Notes: generated from the letters alone by a model not told the origin. 64,000 bases of DNA from Antechinus flavipes (GCF_016432865.1 NC_067399.1:11098001-11162000), one strand, 5' to 3'; positions 1-13,074 are shown, counted from the first letter of the stretch. Made by a program: numbers and translations.

Positions 1-59
1 GAGTCAAGGTAGTGGGGGTCAAGGTAGAAAGGGTCACATAAGTTTCTATTGATCTTTCT

Positions 60-2510
60 TTTTATATCATCGTAGTCTCTCCCTCTCAGAGAGTTATTTC
101 ACATAACGAATAATATTTTTAAAATAAAGACAAGAAAGAAAGAAAAAGAAAAGGGGGAAAATCTTCAGCAACACACTTTTTACAAATCTGCAAAAATGGG
201 CAATGTGTAATATTTGTAAACCTCTTACTTCTGCAAAAACTATGGGTGGGAAGTACCTTTTTTTAAAGAACTATGCTCGTTCTTTATAATGTTTCAATGT
301 TCACTTTAGATTTGTGTTGTTATTCCTATTGTTTATACGATTGTATATATTATTTTCTTGGCTCTTCTTTACTCTGTATCAGTTCACATAAATCTTTCTA
401 TGTTGCTCTGCATTCATCCCAGAAATCATTTTTTATAGCACAGTGATATTCAATTATATTCGTGTACAAGGATTTGTATAGTCATTCTCCAGTTAATGGG
501 TATCTGCTTTATTTCCAATTTTTAGCTATCACAAAAAGTACTGTCATAAATATTTTGGTATATATGAGGACATTCTTATCAATGACTTCTTTGAGGGCAT
601 AAACCTAGTAATGGGATCTCTGGGTAAAAATATGGATATTTTACTCACTCTTTTTTTATAACTCCAAATTGCTTTCCAAAGTGGTTGTACCAATTCATAG
701 CTTTTCTAATAGTGTATTAACATATCTATGTTCCCACAATTCTTCCAACACTGATGATTGCTGTTTTTGTCATATTTGACAGTTTACTGTCTGAAGTGGA
801 ACTCCAAGATTGTTTTGATTTGCATTTCTCTTATTATTTGTGTTTAGGAACATTTTGTCATAAGCTGGTTAAATATTGGAAGCCCACATAAGCTTGTGGT
901 TTTTCAAAAAAAGGATTTATGTCCGAAAAGTCCAGGTGACCCCCATTTTTACATATATGTATGATGCTTTGAGAATCCCCATCTAACTGCACTAATGGTG
1001 CTTTAATGTTCTAATTTTTCCATATCCACTCCAGCATTTGTTATTTTCCTTTTCTGACTTGTTAGCCAATTCAATAGATGTGAGGTGGTATCTCAGAGGT
1101 GTTTTAATTTGCATTTCTCTAGTAAATAGTAATTAGAGCATTTTTAATGTGACTATTGATAGCTTTGAGTTCTTCTGAAAATTGCTTCTTTGTAGTTTTT
1201 GACTATTTAATATGTGGGGAACAACTGTTAGTATTATTATTATTTACAAATTTGGCTTAGTTTCTTATATATTTGAGAAATGAGGTTTTTATCTGAGAAA
1301 ATTACTCTAAAAATCTTTCCCCTACAATTTTTTGTCTTCCTTTTAATTTTGGCTACATTACTTTTGTTTTGCAAAAGCTTTTTAATCCTTCTTAAATTTC
1401 ATGTAATCAAGATTTCTGTATTTTACTTCCTACAATCCCCTCTATTTCTTGTTTGGTCATAAACTCTTCCCTTATCTATAATTCCGACATGTACATTTTC
1501 CTATGCTCCTCTGATGTACTAAAGATATCAATCACCCTTTCTATCTAAATAATTTATCTATTGTGACTTTATTTTTGCTATGTAGTATGAGATGCTGGTA
1601 TATGACTGGTTTAGGCCAAAATGCTTTTCAGTTGTCCCAGAAATTTTTGTCAAATATTGAGTTAACCTCAAAAACTTGGATCTTTATGCTACAATGACAA
1701 GATTATAATGGTCCTTTATGACTGTGTATTGTGTACCAAGTCTGTTCTACTGATCTATCATTCTATTTCTTAATCAACAGTAGCTTGTTGATTACTCTTT
1801 TGTAATATAGTTTGAAATCTAGAATTCCTAGGCCATCATTCTTCACATTTACAACACTGATTCCCTTGATATTCTTGATTTTTTGTTCTTCCAGATGACT
1901 TTTGTTATTTTTTCTAGATTTATAAAATAATTCATTGGTTGCTTGATTGGTATGGCAATTAACTTAGGGAGAATTGTTTATTTTTATTATAATGATACCT
2001 ATTCATGAGTAATTAGAATTTCTCAGTTGCTTAGATTTGTCTTTGTATAAAAAGTATTTTGTACTTGGTTCATATAATCCCTAAGTTTGTCTTGGCAGGC
2101 TGATTCCCAAATATTTAATATTTATTATTTCAAATAGAATTTCTCTTTATCTCTTGCTGCTGGGTTTTGTTGGTAGTACATAGAAATGTTGGTAATTTAT
2201 GTGGATTTATTTTAAATCCTACAATTTTTCTGAAGTTGTTTCTTGTTTCAACCAATTTTAAAATTGATTCTTTAGGGTTTTCTAAGTATATTATTATATC
2301 ATCTGTAAAGAGATAGTTTTCCTTCCTATATTTATTCCTTCAATTTCTTTTTCTTGTCTTATTGTTATAGTTAACATAGTGGGGATAAGGGACATCATTG
2401 CTCCTGATCCTATTATGAAAACTTCTGCCTTTTCCTATTACAAGTAATGTTTGCTCTTGGTTTTAGATAGGCATTACTTATTATTTTATTGAAAGGTCCA
2501 TTATTTCATT
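60..2510 (-). mobile_element. Old degraded L1 LINE (3' UTR plus 3' part of ORF2, antisense)
   Basis: Antisense L1 ORF2 hallmarks, e.g. ttccaaagtggttgtaccaatt (674), gttttgatttgcatttctctt (812), gtgaggtggtatctcagaggtgttttaatttgcatttctct (1080), tttttagggttttctaagtatattattatatcatctg (2270). No open frame remains. Confidence 0.85.
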
Positions 2511-2544
2511 GTTTTTCAGTGTTTTGATTAGGAATGGATGCAAA

Positions 2545-2735
2545 AATAGCTTTAAGATTTGTGAAGCACTTGGCATGTGTGATCTCATTTGTAATCCCAC
2601 ATGGCAGATTTTCTTGTCTCTATTTCGCAGTTGGAGAAACCAAGATTTGGAGAAGTGAAACAATTTTTTCTCTCTCACTTAGCCAGCATGTATCTGGTAA
2701 CATTTGAATCCAAGCCAAATATTCTAGCCTCTACA
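2545..2735 (-). mobile_element. MIR/CORE-SINE fragment
   Basis: Degenerate antisense CORE: ctctatttcgcagttggagaaaccaagatttggagaagtgaa ... atttgaatccaag. Confidence 0.55.
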
Positions 2736-2979
2736 ACACATTTCCTCACAGTTGTTAGGTAGAAATTTGATAATGTATACAAATACTATTTCAAATCGTA
2801 TATCACTCAAACAACAACTATCTAGTAAGTGCCCACTATGTGCCAGGCTCTGTGCTAGGTCCTAGGGATAGAAATACAAACTCTAAACCCAACATTACTT
2901 TCAGGGAGGTTATAATGGGGGAGAAAACAAGGACATATATAAATATATTTAGCACAAATAATATGAATAAATACAAATA

Positions 2980-2996
2980 TTAGGGTTAGGGTTAGG
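2980..2996 (+). repeat. Short interstitial telomeric repeat (TTAGGG)2.8
   Basis: ttagggttagggttagg read directly, abutting the RTE 3' tail. Confidence 0.7.
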
Positions 2997-3810
2997 CTTG
3001 TTGTCCATTTTCTAAAAAGATCAAAATGACATCACTATTTTAGAATAGCATTACAGTGGGTCCCACTATGACTGACCATACCAATATGAGCTTGGAATGC
3101 TCTGTCACAGGGCAGACACAAATAGTCTCTATGACTATTGTCATTGCTTTTCTAATTTTGTGTATTTAACATTTCCTTTGAGCTAATTCAATTCTGCTTT
3201 AATCTTAGAACACAGTACCTTCTCTAATGAGGGCATGCCATGTTGGGTGGTCCTGTGCCAGTGTCTCCATGTCATTCAATTGATTCTAAAATTCTTAAGA
3301 GATCCCTTGAGAGTGTCCTTGTGCCACTTTTTCTGGTCATCTTGTGAACCCTTGCTCTGTATGAGTTCTTCATAAAATTATATTTTTGACAAGTGTACAT
3401 TGGACATCTGAACAATGTGGCCAGCCTAACAGAAAGCCCAACTCTCTGCCATAGAGTTGGAATGATTGACAGTTGAGTTTGAGAAAGGACCTCAGGGCCT
3501 GATGTCTTACCCTCCCCTCCCCACCAAGGTGATCTTCAGAATCTTTTCAAGACAATTCAAATGGAAGTGATTCCATTTCCTGGTATGACTTTGGTATACT
3601 GCCCAGGTTTCACAGGCATATAACAATAAGGTCAGTACAATGGGTCTGTAAACCTTCAGTTTAATGCTCAGTCGACGCCTTTTCCTCTCCCACATTTTCC
3701 TTTAGAGCCTCCCAATCACTGAGCTAGCTCTGGCAATGTGTATTGCAATCTCATCATCAATATGGACATCCCTGGAAAGGATACTGCCAAGATAAGTGAA
3801 CTTATCCAGA
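2997..3810 (-). mobile_element. 5'-truncated RTE-clade (BovB-related marsupial RTE) LINE
   Basis: ORF 3507-3695(-) WERKRRRLSIKLKVYRPIVLTLLLYACETWAVYQSHTRKWNHFHLNCLEKILKIT matches the RTE ORF C-terminal block (KLKVYxAxVLxxLLYACETW). The 3' tail reads gcttgttgtcc on + at about 2996. Confidence 0.9.
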
Positions 3811-3950
3811 GCATTTAATACAAAGATATATGAAGTTATTAAATACAAAGTAGTTTGGGAGGGAGGGACTAGTACTTGGGAGGACCAGAAAATACTTCAT
3901 GTAGAATGAATGCCATGTACAAAGGAGAAGCTATTATGCTTGGATGTCTG

Positions 3951-4078
3951 GCATTCCAGATACACATCAGGAATTCTGGAGTCACATCAGGAATTCTGGA
4001 GTCACATCAGGAATTCTGGAGTCACATCAGGAATTCCGGATTCACATCAGGAATTCCGGATTCACAGAAGGAATTCTA
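3951..4078. repeat. 20-bp minisatellite, about 6.5 units (cacatcaggaattctggagt x3, cacatcaggaattccggatt x2, degenerate ends)
   Basis: Units start at 3963, 3983, 4003, 4023, 4043 and 4063; no spacers. It produces the repetitive ORFs 3876-4082 and 3944-4132. Confidence 0.97.
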
Positions 4079-4290
4079 CTAGAGCTTAAAGGGACTTTGG
4101 AAGCCATCTGGTCAAAATTCCTTAATTTATAGATGAGGAAACTGAGGTTAAGTGACTTGCTCAAACTCATAGATTTAGATATGTGATTATCCGAGAGCTC
4201 ATCTAAGAGAGGAGCAAATTGAAATCCATGAAGACACAATGACTGGCTCAAGCTCATAAAGTAGTATCAAGGATGGGATTTGATCCAAGG
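4063..4290 (-). mobile_element. MIR/CORE-SINE
   Basis: aatttatagatgaggaaactgaggttaagtgacttgctcaa (antisense CORE). Confidence 0.7.
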
Positions 4291-4724
4291 AGAAGGAATG
4301 GATAATGACTGGAAATATAGGTAAGAGCCATATCATGAAAGACTTTTTGAGTAAATAGAGTCATTTATAAGGAATCATTAAACTTCTTGAGGAGAAGAAT
4401 GATTTATACTTTAGGAATATTTTGCCAACTGTGTGAAACATAGATTAGAGTGGGGACAGTTTGAATATAGAAAGAATGATGAGGTGGCTATATCAATCAT
4501 TCAAGGACAGGTGATGAGAACATGTACCAGAGTGGAATGAGGGAAGAGAAAGGAACATATATAAAGATATAAAGTAGAATGGATAAGACTTGGATTGGAT
4601 TGGTTTTGGGGGTAAAGGGGAATGAAGAATTGAGTGTGACTGAAGTTATGAACCTGGGTGTCCTTGATAGAAATAGAGAAATCAAAAGACCGGGTTATAA
4701 ATATATTGAAGCCACTGTGAAACT

Positions 4725-4875
4725 ACTTTTATTGAGATTTTTTTCTGAGTCAATTGGGGATTAAGTGACTTGCCCAAGGCCACACAGCTAGGAAGTGTCA
4801 GAGCACATTTGAACTCAGGTCCTTCTGACATCAGGGCTGGTGCTATATCCACAGTGACACCTAGTTGCCCCTATT
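4725..4875 (-). mobile_element. Marsupial tRNA-derived CORE-SINE
   Basis: caattggggattaagtgacttgcccaaggccacacagctagg...atttgaactcaggtcc...ctatatccacagtgacacctagttgccc (antisense head with A/B boxes). Confidence 0.85.
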
Positions 4876-6247
4876 GGAAAAATTTTAAGTGAGGTGATCT
4901 ATCAGCTGGCAAGAAAAGAGGGTAATAGTGATCCCTCCACATATCTGTCTTGTCTCTGTTTTTCTGGCATGTAGAATGAGTTTGTTCATGGTTGGTCCAC
5001 ATCAGCTTCGATACCAAAAGATGGCCTTGAACCCGGATTTAATTAGCACAATGAAACATTTGTCAAGTACTTATCATGAGCCAAGAAGTTTTGGAATCAT
5101 GGGATGTCATTGGAGAAGTCTGAAATGGGTTAGTTCAAAAGTGTTATGGCCTAAAGTGGCCTCAGTATAATATGAAACAGATCAAGATATAATGGGGAAT
5201 TATTTAATAATGTTAACATATGATTTTCTAAGTAAATATACAGCCTTCAGGAATCATTATGCCCCCTTTCTATTTGAGTTTGACACCAGTGGACTAGTTC
5301 AATCTCTTCATTTTCCCAGGGAAGAAATTGAGGTGCTCTAAAGTCACAAAGCTCTTTACTGGAAGACGTGGGCCTGGAATCCAAGTCTCTTTATGTCTCA
5401 GCTAAGGTTCATTCCGTAACATTTATTTTGGGTGCCTTTTTCTTCCTTGTTTTCTTCATGGCCCAATTGTACATGAATTCCCTTAGCTCTGTCCACTGCT
5501 TTGAAATGACATCTGATTTTATGCCTGGTTAAAACCACTGATTCTACCAGAATTCGTGTGCTTGGGAATCATTTTAAAAAGCAACTTTGAGTTCAGAAAC
5601 TTGATAATCATGGGAACAGTGATTTTGAATTAACTGAATCTTATACCTTCATTTTACCGATCAGGCAGTCGAGATCTAGCTAGCTGAAAAGACTTATCCA
5701 GGGCCACACAGGGAGCAGAACCTCTGACTTCAAATCTGATTCTCCCTCCCTTGCACTATGGGGCAATGGCCTGTACGTACAGATGTTTGGCTTCTGTTGA
5801 AACTAGCTGTAGCCCATCGAGTCTGTGATTTTTCATGACTTTGCATATAGATGGTATGAATTAGTAAATGCACTTTCTTTGAACTCAGCAGCTGTTCATA
5901 AAATTGTCATGGAAAAATAGAATTAAAAATAGACGTTGTGTATGTTTTCCTGCATTTATGAAGCTTTCTGAAATCTTCCTACGGTAAAATTTAGAACCTC
6001 TTAGTTCCAGTTATATGCAAGCAGAAGAAATCCAACTTTACTGTTATAAAGTTAGTTTAGCCTTAATCTGTAGCTTTAATGGAAAGAGGAATGGCATCCT
6101 GGGAGGATTTTCGTAGGACAATTGAATAGGGCAGTGTTTTTTCTTCTGACAGGTACAAGTATAGAACAAGTTTCTCAACAGCTAAAATAATCTAGTGTTT
6201 TTAAAAAAAACCATGTAACTATTAAATGCTAGGTCTTATTTTACTTG

Positions 6248-6508
6248 AGGCAGTTAGGTGGCACAGTGGATAGGATGGTCCAGTGGAGAGAGTGCCACTC
6301 TTGGAGTCAGGAAGACTAATCTTCAAATTTAACCTCAGACCCTAGCTGTATGAACCTGGAGAAGTCACTTAATCCCATTTGCCTCAGCTTTTACATCTGT
6401 GAAATGGACTAGAAAAGGAAATGGCAAACCATTTCAATATCTTTCCCAAGAAAACCTGAAGTGGGGTCATGCTGAGTTGGACATAAATGAAATAAATGAA
6501 CAACAATC
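6248..6508 (+). mobile_element. Mar1-type CORE SINE with RTE-derived tail
   Basis: gaggcagttaggtggcacagtggatag head, CORE, aaggaaatggcaaaccatttcaatatctttcccaagaaaacc, tail ending gaacaacaa. Confidence 0.85.
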
Positions 6509-6684
6509 ATTATTTTTATTATTACCCATTTTAATTTGACATAATGCATAATTCAACATAGTTGCCTAGTGGTAAAAGGGCTGACTTTGCAGTTAGCCTA
6601 GGTTCATTTCCTGTTCCCCAACACATGTAAACTATGTGTTCTTGAACAAATGGCTTAATTTATTGGTTTCTCCAATATCTCTCT

Positions 6685-6688
<4 letters not shown>

Positions 6689-6747
<59 letters not shown>

Positions 6748-6758
6748 TATATATATAT
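6689..6758. repeat. (CT)27 followed by (AT)n microsatellite
   Basis: Read directly. Confidence 0.97.
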
Positions 6759-8024
6759 GGATTATTTGATGCTGTTGCTTTTTTAGTACATTCATTTCTT
6801 AATCTATCCCTTACCTCCTTTAATGAGCCATAGACTCATGATACTTAAGAAAGATAAAAAAAAAAGTTAAGCAAAATCAACCAATATAGACACAACATAG
6901 GGGAGCATATGTAATTCATAGCCCAGCACCTAGCACAGTGCTTGGCACAAGTGAGTGAATGAAATGATTTATAAAGAAACAAAAAAGCCTTCACTAAATG
7001 CTTAGTATTTGTCGAATTTCCATTAGTATTCAGATGGGATCTGGGAAGCCTGAGATGGGGAGATGGCTCTCTCTCTGGTGCTTACTCTTTTCACTAGTTG
7101 ATTTTAGATAGTGCTTAATACTTGTCAATTTCTTTCATAACACATGGAAGGAAAGGAGGGTTATTCCACTCTTTTTGGGGGCCAATATTTAAGATTTCAA
7201 GTTAGAGATAAATTGAAAACCTGCATCTCTGAAAGGCATGTTCACCTAGGGAGCTGAAATGGTGGGTCAGACCCAAGCTGCTATGTTAATGTTTCAATGA
7301 CTCCATATTCTCACTCTAATGAGGGCTCACTCTTAGTGTAAATATTATCCTGTCCTCACTTTCTCACTCCGGATGATGTTTTTTCATGTATTCCTCTCAC
7401 AAAGACTCTGAAGATGAGCCTGCTAGTTCATGGGAGGCCTAGCCATTTTTATTTAATATTTTCTGTACTTTTACTGACTCTATGTTGGCTTTGAGTTTGT
7501 TAGATTGAGAGGCTCATCTCTCTTTTCTGATCTTGGTGACACCTTTGAGCTCATTTCTCTGGAGAACAATTCAGTTCCATAAGCATTGCTCAGGCACCTA
7601 TTGTATGCAAGGCTCTATTCTATACATTCTAGGAATATAAAGACAAAAACAAGTGACCCATGATTAGAATCACAGAATTCTAGAGCAGAAATATACCTTA
7701 GGCATCATAGATTCCAAGCTACACTTGAATTTGAATAACCAGTGCAATATTCTTGACAATTGTTAAACCATCTTTTGCTTGAAGAACTTTAAAGGGAAAT
7801 CTAAAGTAGATAGAGCTCTTGCCTTGGACTCATAAAGACCCAAATTAAAATTCAACCTCAGAACTCATTAGCTTTGTGATCTTGAGAAAGTGACTTAATG
7901 ACCTATGTAACTCAGTTGCTATATCTGTTAAATGGGAATAAAGTTGTTGTGAAATAAGAATATTTATTAACTTTTTCAAAGTTTTAAAAACTAGATAAAT
8001 GCTGGCTATTCATCATCATTATCC

Positions 8025-8640
8025 TGAGAATTTTATTAGTCTGATATTACTCTGACTAAAGGGTGTGATGCGGCAAACAATGAAAATAACAGCATCAGAT
8101 GGCATTAATCAAGGCACTGACTTTTAGGAAGAGGGAACTGATAGTCTCACTGGCCTGTGTCATGGCCAGATTGCTTCTAAAGTGTTAAACATGGTTTTGG
8201 TTATCACATTTCAAAGGGATATTGGTAAAATGGAGAACACCAAAGGAGTAAGATCCTTGAGTCCATGGCATATGACGATTCACTGAAGGTCCTGGGACTG
8301 TTTAGTATGAAGAAAAGAACTCAGGGAGTTCTCATATATGTATGATAACCATCTAATATTTGAAGAACTATAACTAGAAAGGATAACTTTTTCCCTGTTA
8401 TGATCTAAAGACTTAAACCATGATTAGGATTTGTAAATTTAACTTTAATATAAGCAAAAGTTGTCTAGCAATAGGGTTGTCTCAAAGTGGAATGAGTTTC
8501 TTTGGGAGAAAGTGAGTTCCACCTCCTTGGCAGTCTTTAAGTAGATGCTGGATAGCCCGTTTTTAGGTAGGGATTCTTCTAGATTATGGATTGAATTTAA
8601 AGGCCACTTATTCCTTTCCATTTTGTAATTCTGGCAATCT
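8025..8640 (+). mobile_element. CR1/L3 LINE 3' fragment
   Basis: CR1 3' hallmarks: ggttatcacatttcaaagggatattggtaaaatggag, caaagtggaatgag...gtgagttccacctccttggcagtctttaagtagatgctggat, ending ttccattttgtaattctg. Confidence 0.75.
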
Positions 8641-9465
8641 GAAGATAAGGAATTGGGACAATAGATTATAATCTTGGTACAGAAGTGTGATATGGTAATG
8701 AGAGGGAGAATTCAGTTACTCTGAAGGGAGAATTAGGATAAATGAGTAGAAAGAAGAAGGAAATGAGCATTTATAAAGCATTTATTATGTGTCAGGCACT
8801 GGACTAAGCACTTTATACAAGAGGAGATCCTCACGCAGAGTAGAAGACCATTTGTTGGGGTTGTTGGAAGACATAATTTTTCACAGGCATCATTGGCCTT
8901 GAATGATTATGGAAGTCATTTATAACTTTGTGATTCTTCAGTGATTCTGGGCTGGGGATATTCTTAGAGTCAGCCAGTTCATTCCATTCAAATTGCAGAG
9001 GAAGACTTGGAGACCTGGAGTAAAGAAATGGGATTGACCTCAGACTTGTGCTATTAGGAAGTGACATCATTAGAAGTGACAGCAGAAACCCTCCAATTCC
9101 AAACCAAATTGTTCTTCTTGGACCACCAGGATCCCAGATAAGTAGTGGCAGAGCTCAGGTTCAGTCCAAGATCATCTGACTCCAAATTCTGGCTGCCTGG
9201 GCTACGGACAAGTAGAGCTTTCCACTTTCTATAATATTAATTATTAATTAATATCAATTGATATTAATCAACTGATTAATATCAGATGATATAGCTGGAT
9301 TTTTTAAAAAAGAATTTTAATTATTTTTACTTTCTATCATGTGCAATACCATTAACATTGAATAATTCTTTTTCATTTGGAGATGCATTCTACTTGGTGC
9401 ACAAGAGGCTTTCTCAAACTAGACAGAAAACCATCCTCAAAATGGTTAATTTTCCCTTTCTCTAG

Positions 9466-9540
9466 GTGAATAATGGCATAAGAGGATAATACCCATGTAT
9501 TTTCCCGTGGTGTTTCTAAACTGTGCAAATTCCTTCGACA
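9466..9540 (+). other. Candidate 75-nt non-coding/poison exon starting at an AG|GT site
   Basis: ggttaat-tttccctttctctag|GTGAAT...TTCGACA|gtgagt. Stops in all three frames at the 5' end. Motif evidence only. Confidence 0.35.
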
Positions 9541-9715
9541 GTGAGTTATACTATTTGAAGACAAAAAAGCGTGTACCCTATAAGACATTCCAAAACAGAT
9601 GGGAAACGGCTGGGAGTGTGTCTTTGGCCATCTGCTGTTCTCTAGATCTTGGCTGCTAATAGAAGAAAACAAAATTAAAAAGACATTAACTTGAACTGGG
9701 TAAAGCAAAATAGGA

Positions 9716-9748
<33 letters not shown>

Positions 9749-12700
9749 GAGTCACACTCCTGATACTTTGTGCCTTTCTGGTGCTGGGGCTTGCTTTCAT
9801 TCTCACTTTAATATTCATTCCATCCTGAGACCCAATGCTGGGTCCTGGTTAGCAGCTCTTTTCATACTCCCTTTATGAGCTTTAATTCCGGACCGTAGTG
9901 GGTCCATACAGCTTTGCCTAAGGTTTCAACTCTGGACTCGGCCCAAGAGGTTTTGTTTAACATTTGGTCAAAAGTCTAAATAAACTTAAGCAAAAGAATA
10001 TTTAAAGTAAAAACAAACAAACGAAATGTACAATTAAAGGTTGCCTCAAATACAAGCCCTCCTTGAATAGAATATATTTATTTATTAATATTTATTAATT
10101 TAAGTAAATCAATTCTAAAAATTTAATTAATTAATACAAAATAAAATAATTTAAAATTATTTATTAATTATAGAAGTATTTATGTTCTGAAGTTCTATAA
10201 AATCTATACTCTTAAAATACAGTGAGTGCTGTGGGTTCATTAAAAAACAAAACAAAACAAAAAAAAACTTTCTTCACAATCAGGAAGATTTGGATTCAGT
10301 TCTGACCTGAGATCAACACATCCTGGCTGGATGGCTTTGTAAGCCATTACAAGCTTTGTGTTGACTATAAGATTGTAAAGAAAAAAAAAAGAAAAAAAAT
10401 AAATTTACACGATAATATTATTATATATTCAAAAGGGATAGGTTTTACACAATCTATTTGTAATTTCATGTGCAATCATCTTTTTAAAAGCTATACCGTG
10501 TTATGAAAATAATTATTTTATCCTGTAAGTTAAAAACAAAATAACAAAAAATTAAAAAAAGTTTGTAATTCATATTGAAGATATGAACCTACTTTGAAGG
10601 AGTTTATTAAATCAGAGAAATTACAAATATATTCTCTATCCTCTAACATTTTATTTATTTTTAATACAAATTCAATAAATAACAATAGATATTTTAATAG
10701 ATTAAGAGGCCAAATAGATAATCATCTATGAAATAGTTTACTTTTGTCACATATATTTTTATAGAATTGGCAAGGTCAGACAAATAATCAACCAGCATTA
10801 ATCAAGAGCCTGTTATGTGTCAGGCATTGTGCTAAGTTTATTTTGATAAATTTTTATCCAGATGCTGGAATGAAAGAGGCCTAGGAGTCAAAGACCCTGA
10901 GTTTGAAGCCATTTCTTTTACTTATCAAATGCCTGTAGTTCAAGGATTATAGATTTAGAGCTGAAAAGATCCTTAGAGATCATCTAGTACAATCTCCTTA
11001 TTTTACAGATGAGGAGTTCAAAATACAGAGAAAAGATGAGGTTTCCCTAAGGTCACATTGGTAATAAGTATCAGAGTTGGGATTTGAACTGAGGTAACCA
11101 ATTCAAGATGGGGAGAAAACTCTCCCCATCATACCACTCAGGGTATTTTAGGAAAGTCTTAAGAGTCTGTCAGATAAGAGATCAAAAAGTGTTTCACTGC
11201 TTTATCTCAAGAACAGGAATTATACTTGAACCCAAGGGAAAGATTCAATGGACATATTTGAGTGAAGCTTCATGGGATCAATAGGAGTTAATTTAAAATC
11301 AGGGTGAAACAAGCTTGGTAGCCATAGTTTCTCAATATTTTATCTGTTCCCAATATGATACCAGAAAAGCAAAGGATAGAATTAGTCAAAGAACAGATTA
11401 GAATTTTAAGTTCTATCTATGGAGAGGAAAAAGTCGAAGTTGTATTTAATGGCTTTTATTTGAATGGAAGCATAGAAATAGGTCTATAGTGCTGACCTGG
11501 AGATCTGAAAGCTCCATGAACATGGATAAAACATTGAAGCTCTGATTTCCTCATCTATAAAAGAGATATAAAATATTATTCATCTCAAAGATCTGTTTTG
11601 AGGAGCAGGTAAGATTATGCAGAAAATGGTTTTATTAAAAGGAACTATTTGTAACTGCAATTCTCACACTCAAGACAAATCAAAGAGAAGACTTGAACTC
11701 TGATCTTGTAGATTCCGAAACCATTTCTTTAGCTACTCAGATAAACTCACTGCACTTAAATGTGGTAACCCCAAAGCACTATGAAATTGCCATCTTTTAT
11801 CATTATTTTGAGTTTCTTATCCAGTTTATCAATAGTCTTTCTAAAATTTTCTGTCTGGAACCGAATATGATCCATCAGACAAGGTCTGACAAGGATGGAC
11901 TTCAGAGAGTCCTAGCCTAGGTCACTCTAGATCCTAAATGCAGCCAAAATTTGCCTTAGGTTTTTTTTCCCCTTCTTTCCCTTTAGAATTATAATGCCCT
12001 TGAATTACACTGAAACTCATTTATCCTTTTCAGGTATATGGCTTTCTAGCTCCCAATTTTATATGATTCTAGCGAAGCTAATTCTTTGAACCTGTGTTCA
12101 TGGCTTGTCACTTATCTTCATTGAATTTTAAGAATGTTTTATTGATATTTATTGCTTCTTATGTTACCATGGTACCCTTATATATCCTTTCTCCTTTATT
12201 TCCCTGAGAATCATCCTACATAAAAAATGGTATTTTCTAGAGAAGAAATAAAAGTCAGTAAGACATATCGATATATTGAAAAAGGGCAAAAACCTGTTCA
12301 ATGTGTAACGATGGTGGCCATTTCGATTCTTCGAATGAGTTGGAGGTGTTTCTTCCTGCTAAATCTTTAAAATTTTGTTACATTAGCATTCTACTTTTTA
12401 GTGTGTTGCTTTTTTCATTTATATCACTGTTAGTTACCGAGTAGATCATTTTCTTGACTGCTTACTTTGTTCTACATCAGTTCCCATAGATCTCTTCATG
12501 CTTCTTTGTATTTATCACACTTGTTTCTTTTTAAAAATGAATATAACAAGAAAATGAGAAATTTTCAGAGATTCATGAAACAACTTATATATCTATATCT
12601 ATCAAGTGAACTGAACATGGAAAATGACATACTGAATGACTATAACAATGTAAAAGAAATGAATAACAAAATAAGACAAATAAAAGTAAACTCTTAAGGG

Positions 12701-12857
12701 TAGAGACTTCTTACAAAATTATTTGCCGAAATAGCTAATATTTATATATCATTTAATGTGTACCAGGCACTATGCTAAGCATTTTACACATGTTATCTCA
12801 TTTGATCTTCACAATATCCCTGGGAAATAGGCATTATTATAACCTCCATTTTATAGA

Positions 12858-12986
12858 NNNNNNNNNNNNNNNNNNNNNNNNNNNNNNNNNNNNNNNNNNN
12901 NNNNNNNNNNNNNNNNNNNNNNNNNNNNNNNNNNNNNNNNNNNNNNNNNNNNNNNNNNNNNNNNNNNNNNNNNNNNNNNNNNNNNN
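12858..12986. other. Assembly gap (129 N) inside a SINE
   Basis: N run flanked by antisense CORE-SINE sequence on both sides. Confidence 0.99.
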
Positions 12987-13074
12987 ATCAAGTGTTCCAA
13001 GAACAAATTTGAACTCAGATCCTCCTGACTTCAGGGATGATATTCTAACTACTGTGCCACCTAGCTGTCCCAAC

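Larger units (their letters stand above)
2810..4690 (-). mobile_element. L2 LINE 3' region in pieces (about 2810-2980, 3810-3945, 4290-4690), split by RTE and SINE insertions
   Basis: L2 3'-end motif aagtgcccactatgtgccaggctctgtgctagg at 2826, then purine-rich antisense L2-like text resuming after each insertion. Confidence 0.6.

Noticed and set aside
3951-4078. CRISPR-like array
   Set aside because: Head-to-tail 20-bp units with no unique spacers, no cas genes and a eukaryotic context; it is a minisatellite.
9721-9990. Processed pseudogene ending in T28
   Set aside because: No poly(A) signal at the expected distance, no TSD and no recognisable ORF.
11107-11130. Perfect hairpin gatggggaga-aaac-tctccccatc
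   Set aside because: A single 10-bp stem is roughly expected by chance in 64 kb; too short for a pre-miRNA, and intrinsic terminators do not apply here.
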